A stretch of 64,000 bases of DNA from Takakia lepidozioides (taxonomy: Eukaryota > Plantae > Bryophyta): NCBI GenBank assembly GCA_030704615.1, contig CM060734.1, positions 43,400,001 through 43,464,000 of the forward strand. The letters are read 5' to 3'. Each line of letters starts with the position of its first letter. The first letter of the stretch is position 1. Under the pieces are notes generated by a model that was not told the DNA's origin, did not search any database, and saw only the letters and a program-made list of their open reading frames with translations. Made by a program: the position numbers and the translations under genes. Of this stretch, positions 57,101-64,000 are shown piece by piece.

Positions 57101-59950
57101 ACAACCTCTTCCAAGCAGACAAGTGAAGCTATTTGGAAGATTGAAAAGCCTGCGGGATGCTTTCCCACTCTCAACTGCTTCGCTGAGGCTCCCAACAGTG
57201 CCAGACTCTATGCGTGCCAAGGCTTCAAGGCCTTCATCCTCAATGCCCTCCACTTCCATTAAAGCTGCTTGTACCAGCATTAGCTGTCCCTTTCCAGGAT
57301 TGATGCTGCTCAGCGCAATGACTAAAAAGTCTCTTGGCTCTAGTCCCATTTCACTTCGGACATCGTTTCGCAATTTTAATCTCTTCTTCAGTGCTGATGA
57401 GATCTCCTCGTCTTTCCCATCTGCAAAACCCAGGAGAGCAAGTCATAAACCAACACCAAATCCAGTTTATTGAGCATGCTAACTACATAACTCCCATCAA
57501 GCAAACAAATTAACAATACACTCACTGCGAACATTAAGCCTCGAGAGAAATGCCTTGACACAGACGTCCACCTTCACTCAATCAAAACCCCAGACAAAAT
57601 GGGGAAGAGGTATGAAAATTAAGACTGATATGTAGTCTGAAGCTACCAGGGGATTCAGAGTACCATGGCACACCATAGACTGCACAACCATGTCGTGCAT
57701 CTAGAAATAACCCTTAGATAAATAACCCTTAGTGACCCTTAGATGCACTAAGGTCCCTAAGGTCACCACCAGTAGGAAATAATAGCCAATTCTATGATAT
57801 AACCAGTTTCATGGCAGAATAAACATGAATCCTGCGGCAGTGAAAGAATTCAGGCTTTTACATCTACTTTCATATCTAGTGAGAAATGCAGTTACTTACC
57901 AGTCCCAGTGGAATCACCCAATGGGTTTCCCAGGCCTGCTATAGCAGCCATCTCATCGTTGACCGACAGGGGCACAATGCCGAGTCTAGAAGGTAAGGTC
58001 AAACCTTCCATGGATGCCCAATGCCGCCACAGCTGCTCCTGGGTTCCAGAGAGGAAAACAAGCGCCCTCGCCTTCCCTAGCAACAGCTTGGATCTTTCAA
58101 AATACTCGCGCCGATTCTCCATAATCCACCAAACCAGTCGCTCTGAGCCCCGCTTGTTGGATTGTAGGTACTGCCCTGCATGTTGACCCATCTAACAGGT
58201 CACCAGTTAGGCCCCCTGTTAGTTCTGGAGGGCAACGATTTACTTTATCTATATTTTAAAAATGATGAATGCTGGGGATCATATCCTCCATCAATGTATA
58301 GTTCACAGACCAATAGCCCTTTTGAATGATGGACTCCGTTGTTTCCAGGTTATATTATTTGGTTGGTTGTGGCCAAAATCAGTCCTCTAGAATACAAAAA
58401 CTATTTCAAGCGTGTCGAAGTAAAAAGATGACTATGCAGTTCAGTTTCAAAGATTGGGCTTTCCTACATAGAGATGTTGTTAGAGTTGTGCATAGTTGGG
58501 TCCAAATTGAGTGATACCAAACATTAATGTATGGACACATCTAGCCCAACATTGGGGATTTTCTCTTCAGACCAACACAACTAGCATTTTAATACCAACA
58601 GCCAAACGCCACAGAGGGATGGAATATATGGAGACTCGTACCAATCCATGTACTACAGGCAGCTGACCCTGCCACTACCAAATCAGCCTTTGCAGATGCC
58701 TTCCAGCTCAGTGCGGATTTGTCTCTCAGAACCTGAACGCCACTGTTCAGGAGCTCTCTGTAAAGACCTCCCTTGCTATTGAGCACAACCGCAGACACCT
58801 TCCCTCCACAACTAACAATCTTGATAGCTAACTCCAACATTGCAAGGGGAGCGCCTGTCATCGAGAGCTCATGAAACACCACAATAATTGTCCTCCCCTT
58901 CACAAAATCAGCGAAAAGACCATCTTTCTGGCAGGATTTTCCCCTCTTTTTCCTGCCCAACCCCAGCACTTGTCTCTCAATCTCATCAAACGGGCCAACC
59001 AGCCCCCCCAGAGGCTTGTTATTGTTCCCTGTAAGATTGACTCTTGGAGTACCACTAGATGTCCTCCCATCTTTGACTGGGACCCTGTTCAAATCTGATC
59101 CATCTCTGTTCAAATGAAGTTCTATTGGAAACTCAGGTAACCTCTGATCTTCCTGTGCATCTTGCTTTCCACCCTCATCAGAATCTCCTTCAATGTCTGC
59201 CCTCTCCCTTTCATTTGGTGGTTTTCTACTACTCTTAACTTCTCCTTTCCCATGGCCATTGATTGCCCCTGCTGTGTGTCCGTTAACATGAAGCCTTTCA
59301 GTCCACCCAGCATCCTCTGGACTCCCATTCCTGCTTTCATTCTCCTGAACACCATTGTTTGTCAGTGCCATTTCAACATCTGGGTTTGGATGCCATATCC
59401 AATGACTTACCCACGTTTTAAACCGTGTGTTCTCTTTTATATCCCCATGCCAGTTGTCCCTTGTAACTTCTTTGGACTTGTTCAGTTTTGTTGAAGAGCC
59501 TTTCACAAATTGAAATGCTGATAGTAATCTCAAGTCCTCATCCTCCCCCACCTGGAACTCCTCTTGTTCATCACTAGAAGCCCATCTCGACTGAACATGA
59601 AAGCCAATGTAGCTCCAAAAACAAATGAGTATGACCAGCCATGGCAATAAACGGTGGCCTGACTTCAACCGGAGCAGGGTAACTGCCCGGTTTTCTTTCC
59701 TTGCAGCTCTGAGGCTAGCTGTCCTCCTGATAGAATCACAGGGAGAGGGGGAATCCCTTTCCCTGTGGGCGGGAGAGTCCCAGAGATCCCGTCTTCCCCT
59801 CGGTGATGAAGGCTGAAGGGGGCTTGACCTGCCTGAGGAAGTTAGCTTGATACTGCGACTGACAGCTATTGAGGGCTTAAGGGTCACCACAGGCCTTACA
59901 ACCTTTCCTGTCTGATCTGAGACAATCTGACGGTGAGGTTCGGTGTCCAT
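54153..59950 (-). CDS. GT4-family (Glycos_transf_1) glycosyltransferase, probable type II membrane protein, 6 exons, 853 aa
   Basis: Exons 59950-58642, 58175-57900, 57420-57010, 56608-56352, 56135-56079 and 54404-54153; all introns GT-AG and in phase (2562 nt). TM segment LLPWLVILICFWSYIGF; motifs HELSMTGAP, WWIMENRREYF, SSINPGKGQ, GETFGRVTIEAMAFGLPVLGTEAGG. Confidence 0.92.
54493..55934 (+). mobile_element. LINE (same family) in the last intron of the GT4 gene, antisense to it, RT core deleted
   Basis: KAGGPDGIVNKLIK..LLFNLIW joins directly to the post-RT IRPALEYASAKW; zinc knuckle CPLC..HFLIHCP; same 3' end as 10773; possible TSD TCTCACAC. Confidence 0.85.
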
Positions 59951-61094
59951 TGTTGATGTCTCGTAGGGGTTGGAGATTGTTCGTTGCCATAGCCTAGGGC
60001 ATCTGCGCTTGCTGGTTGCTTGCTACACCTAAGCTGCCAATTGTATGCAGATGCAGCTCTGTTCTCTTGGTCTCCATAGCCTGCACGAGCTGTTACGACC
60101 TACCTATTTCTCAACATCCACCTGTCTTCTTCGACATTGTTTCCTTTGTATTCAAAGTCAACGCCAGTCGGGAATTCCGCCAACTGTGAATGATGTAAAG
60201 TGGAAGAATGCAGGAAATGTGCGCAAGAATTTTCTCCCTCCCATTTAAGTCTTTGAGATTCGGATTTGACATGGAACAAGCATACAGAAAAAGGAAACGA
60301 TGGACATCGGTAAAAAGTACGGAGTTTGCTTCAAATTTAACCACTGGCCAGCTCAATCAGGAAGGCAGCTGGGGAAAGAGACTGAATCGAGTCGGAGCGA
60401 CCCACTTCCAGCACGTCCTCCTCTAATCCAACTCCACCTCGATAGAACCTAACATTTTGGTCAAAACTTCGCGTTACGGAAAGTTCAACACCAACCCACA
60501 AATCTCAACTCCACCTTGTGCCTCGGGGTTTCAAATCAAAGCACCCTCTTTCAGATCACAACCACAGGGCTCCAGAGTTAAGGAGAATGCACACGAAATG
60601 GAAATGAGGGCATACCGGCTTCAACCTGCTTGCGCTTCCATCCACCAATGCTGCCTCTCTCACCCTCTTTCAGATCAAGCCACTGAACAAGCACAAACAG
60701 ACATCCAAAGCCACAAACAGGAATCTGTCCTGCACTTAACGCATTCCTCCACAATCTCCCTCTCAGACACTCTACATGTTTTGTGTCGATCCCCTTCCCT
60801 TGCTGCCCCGCACAAGACAAGCCCAGATTCTGTTTCTTCCATCCCCCTCACTTGTCTCATTTGTCAACAATTTATTTTAAACTTTTTAACGGCCACAAGT
60901 TGTACCGAACTTACTTACTCGGATCACAATGGCTTTCCTTTTCTCTCTATAATTTTTATTTTTAAGAGAGAAAGGGAAAACACCGGGGAGCGACAGCTCA
61001 CAAATCAGGCCCCTTAATAGTGAGAGGAGAAAATAACCTCTTTCACAGTAACCCACCATGAAGGCCTAGGAATGGGACCATACCACACCCCTCA

Positions 61095-61168
61095 GTAGCA
61101 AGATTTGAACCCCAGAATCATCTGGGTGGCACTCAGTGCACTAACCAACTGAGCTACTGACTAATGGT
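61095..61168 (-). mobile_element. tRNA-derived SINE head, family B
   Basis: Minus strand TAGCTCAGTTGG...GGGGTTCAAATC. Confidence 0.55.
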
Positions 61169-61489
61169 ATATTGAAAAAAAAAAAAATAGAGAGGAAAGA
61201 CTTTGGAGCCGACGTAACTAGGAGCCAGTTTACCTTACATTACTCCTCTTTTCGAAGTGAGCCCTATCTCTATTGAAATGAGGACGCGTTGCCGAAGCAA
61301 GCATAACTTATGTTGTGTGTAACTATTCCCATAGAGCCCACCCCACTAAGGGGCCGGTAAGTACCCACAAGAGGAAGATGCTCATATTTATGCTAGCTCC
61401 GGCTGGCGTCATATATATATATATTGTGTGTAACTTGTGTTGCCACTTGACTCTTGGACCGGCTACCTGCCTTCCGGTGGAAAGTAAAT

Positions 61490-61552
61490 GGAAGATATAG
61501 GAATAATGTAAGAACTTAATGCACACGGGCAACTCCTGACAGGATGGTATGT
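61490..61552 (+). repeat. Solo TIR of the MULE family seen at 971-1619
   Basis: GGAAGATATAGGAATAATGTAAGAACTTAATGCACACG...CTGACAGGATGGTA matches both ends of 971-1619. Confidence 0.6.
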
Positions 61553-61769
61553 ACCTTTACGACATCAATATATATAGAATGTAAAGGGTTACTTTATTAG
61601 GAGTTTGGGCTAAACCTAAAGGTTCTTTGGTACTTACATTATGGCATTAAAGGGACGGGGGCACCAATGTGTCATGGAATCTAACACATTGTTATGTTTG
61701 AAGATGCCCATATTGTCCCATCTGGTCTCCTAAATGTTATCTTGTACATAGTTTAGTTGAGATGGACAC

Positions 61770-62558
61770 CACTGTTGGGCGGTTCTTGCATTTGTGAAGG
61801 AACCTTTGGTTCCGGTTCCACAATTATTTCAAGAGACGGTTCCGGATCCAGTTCCGGTTTTTTTTTATTGAGCCGGTTCCGGTCCGGTTCCGGATCCAAC
61901 TTTTAAACATGGGCGCGGTTCTGGTTACCGGTTAGTTGCTGATAAAAACCATCGGTTCCGTTAGGTTCCGGTTCTATTTTAAAAATATATTTGTTTAATT
62001 TAATTGGATTTAAAATATTTTATCAGTCCGGTAGATTAAATAGCAGTCTATTCACATATTTGAACTAAAATCCAACGATTTTGTTAGTTTTCACTAACAC
62101 AAAAAAACAAACAAAAATACTCTAAATAAACTGGTAGAAGAAAATGGGTAAAATTTTATGGGTTGAAAGTACTATTCAGCTACTTGGCAAGTATTGGCAT
62201 CTTCAAACATTTTATTAATGAACTTAGCCAGGATATCATGGAGCTGGAGATTGAACCCAAGATCTCATGGCGCTGAAGCATTGAACCCAGGATCTCAGGA
62301 GCTTGAGAGCATTAAATAAGTTTTGCCCTGGGCCCACCAGCCCCACCAAGGGGTCAAGAACCAGAACCCGTTTTTATCCCCCCGAGCCCGATCCTCCGGT
62401 TCTCACACCCAGCAGAAACTGCCTGTTCGGTTCTTCGCCGATCCCCATTGGCAGGTTCCGGTTCCGGGTCAGGTTATGTAGGGATGGGCCCGGTTCTGGT
62501 TAACCTGAACCTGAACCGGTGGTTAACCTGGGTCCCGGCGGGTAACCGCCCAACACTG
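61770..62558. mobile_element. hAT-type MITE
   Basis: 8-bp TSD ATGGACAC (61762-61769 and 62559-62566); TIR CA(C/G)TGTTGGGCGGTT; GGTTCCGG subterminal repeats. Confidence 0.92.
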
Positions 62559-63424
62559 ATGGACACCTTCCGAGTAGGAAGGTGGACATTGGACACCAAT
62601 AGGTGGATTGAACTCACAACCAGCGTCCGGGAAATAATTTCAGTTGAACCAGCCAGTAGCCGCTCATTCCCAGCAGCAATCGGCTAAGTGGCGGTTGCTG
62701 CCCCTTAGTGGTAACTATACCCGGTCAATTTCCGAGATAATTTCTTTACAACCGGTAATATTCCTAATGATTTATTTTGTGTTCAGCTATAAATCCGGCC
62801 CTTACAAATATCAACCGGTTGACAACACAAGTGTCAAATGCACAACAATAAGTAAATAATAATAATAATAAATAATAAACACAACCAGTTTTAAGCAATT
62901 CAAACAAGTGAAGAACATTGTATCCTTATAGAAGTTGGACCTGTCAATGCCTTCAAACCACATGGAGAAGAATTGAACCCGCGTGGACAGGTGAGCTGTG
63001 ATAGCAGGCAGCGAGTGCAAGCAGGCGTGGGGCTGGGGCTGCGAGAGCAACGTCCACACTTAGTAGGGTTTGCCCGCGGGCCCGCCCTCTTTGAGTTCAA
63101 TATTTTTTCACCTAAACGCCCTTCCTTGGATGTAACCCGGCCTGGCACGTTGGATTTCTGCCATGTGGTGGACTTCGACGGCCATTTCCATTTTTTGTAT
63201 TATAAGAAGGGCCGGAATCCGTCCAGGCCTTGCCAACTAAGGCAGATTTCCTGTCTGTAATGAAATGGAAAGGCAAATATCCTTCCTAAAAGTAGGGCAC
63301 CCGGTTGATTTCCACTTCGGCCATTTTTTCCCTCGGATCCATTTCCTGAGGTTTCATATTTCATTCGGAAATTCTGGAATTCAGTCGGCTAGCATGTAAC
63401 TGGCTGCCGGTTCTCCCCGGACGT

Positions 63425-63580
63425 TGCTCACAACCACTTCGGAGGTGGTATGTGCCCATTAGCAGTGGGATACTTACAAGTTGGTTGTGGCCAGAGCAAG
63501 CAACATAGTGGGGACAACCAAGTTGTTGCGAGTGGTAATATGCACAAAACCACCTCCTAAGTGGTTGTGGGTTCAATGTT
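63425..63580. mobile_element. Two head-to-head SINE A fragments
   Basis: ACAACCACTTCGGAGGTGGTATGTG (minus copy) and CCAAGTTG...ACCACCTCCTAAGTGGTTGTGGGTTCAA (plus copy). Confidence 0.5.
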
Positions 63581-63898
63581 CAATGTGCCGACCATATTTT
63601 TAATTTTAACAGTGTTGTGCGGGCCCGGGTTTTGACCGCCGGTACCCAGCGGGTTAGGATCCGGGTTACCCGCACCCGGACGTGCTATCAGCAAAAACCA
63701 GGACCCTGACCCGGATTCATTTCTAAAATGAACCAGGAACAGAACCTGCTTGCTGGGTCAGAACCCTGTAAGCCCGCTACCCTGGGGCAAGTGTAGGGGG
63801 TCAAGGTCCGGGTCTTAATATCAGGAGGGGCATGCGGGGTCCACCTTAGTTCTGCAATGTGTCGAGCAATAGGCCGCTGCAGCAGCCTGCTAGCCCCC

Positions 63899-64000
63899 AC
63901 CAAGTTGTAGCCCAGTGGTAATGGCCACATACCACCTCAAAAGTGGTCGTGGGTTCAATCCACGGATTAGTGTCACGAAGTTAGTGACACCATAATTTAT
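63899..64000 (+). mobile_element. tRNA-derived SINE, family A (runs off the window), possibly inside a hAT-like element starting at 63610
   Basis: TAGCCCAGTGG (A box), GGGTTCAATCC (B box); CAGTGTTG terminus at 63610. Confidence 0.6.

Noticed and set aside
60457-61017. 186-aa plus-strand ORF
   Set aside because: Non-ATG start and no motifs; lies antisense in the probable 5' UTR/promoter of the GT4 gene.

Overview
Eukaryotic nuclear DNA, most likely a land plant; a non-seed plant such as a bryophyte is my inference from the PLS-PPR fragments, GRAS gene and transposon types. About 1-48 kb is a nested block of decayed transposons: CACTA/En-Spm copies, a Pack-CACTA carrying PPR fragments, LINEs, a TTAA-flanked full-length piggyBac, MULE/hAT/Tourist/Tc1-mariner MITEs, tRNA-derived SINEs and a Ty3/Gypsy element. 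About 49-60 kb holds two apparently intact, convergent host genes: an intronless GRAS transcription factor (+) and a 6-exon GT4 glycosyltransferase (-). Two transposons carry chromatin-writer domains. (1) The Gypsy polyprotein reads Gag-PR-[DNMT3-like C5 cytosine methyltransferase]-RT-RNaseH-IN-[PHD finger]. (2) Two diverged copies of a CACTA family carry a SET-domain coding segment just upstream of the TnpD transposase. Both are pseudogenised in these copies. All domain calls come from reading motifs by eye, not from database searches, and some boundaries are approximate.
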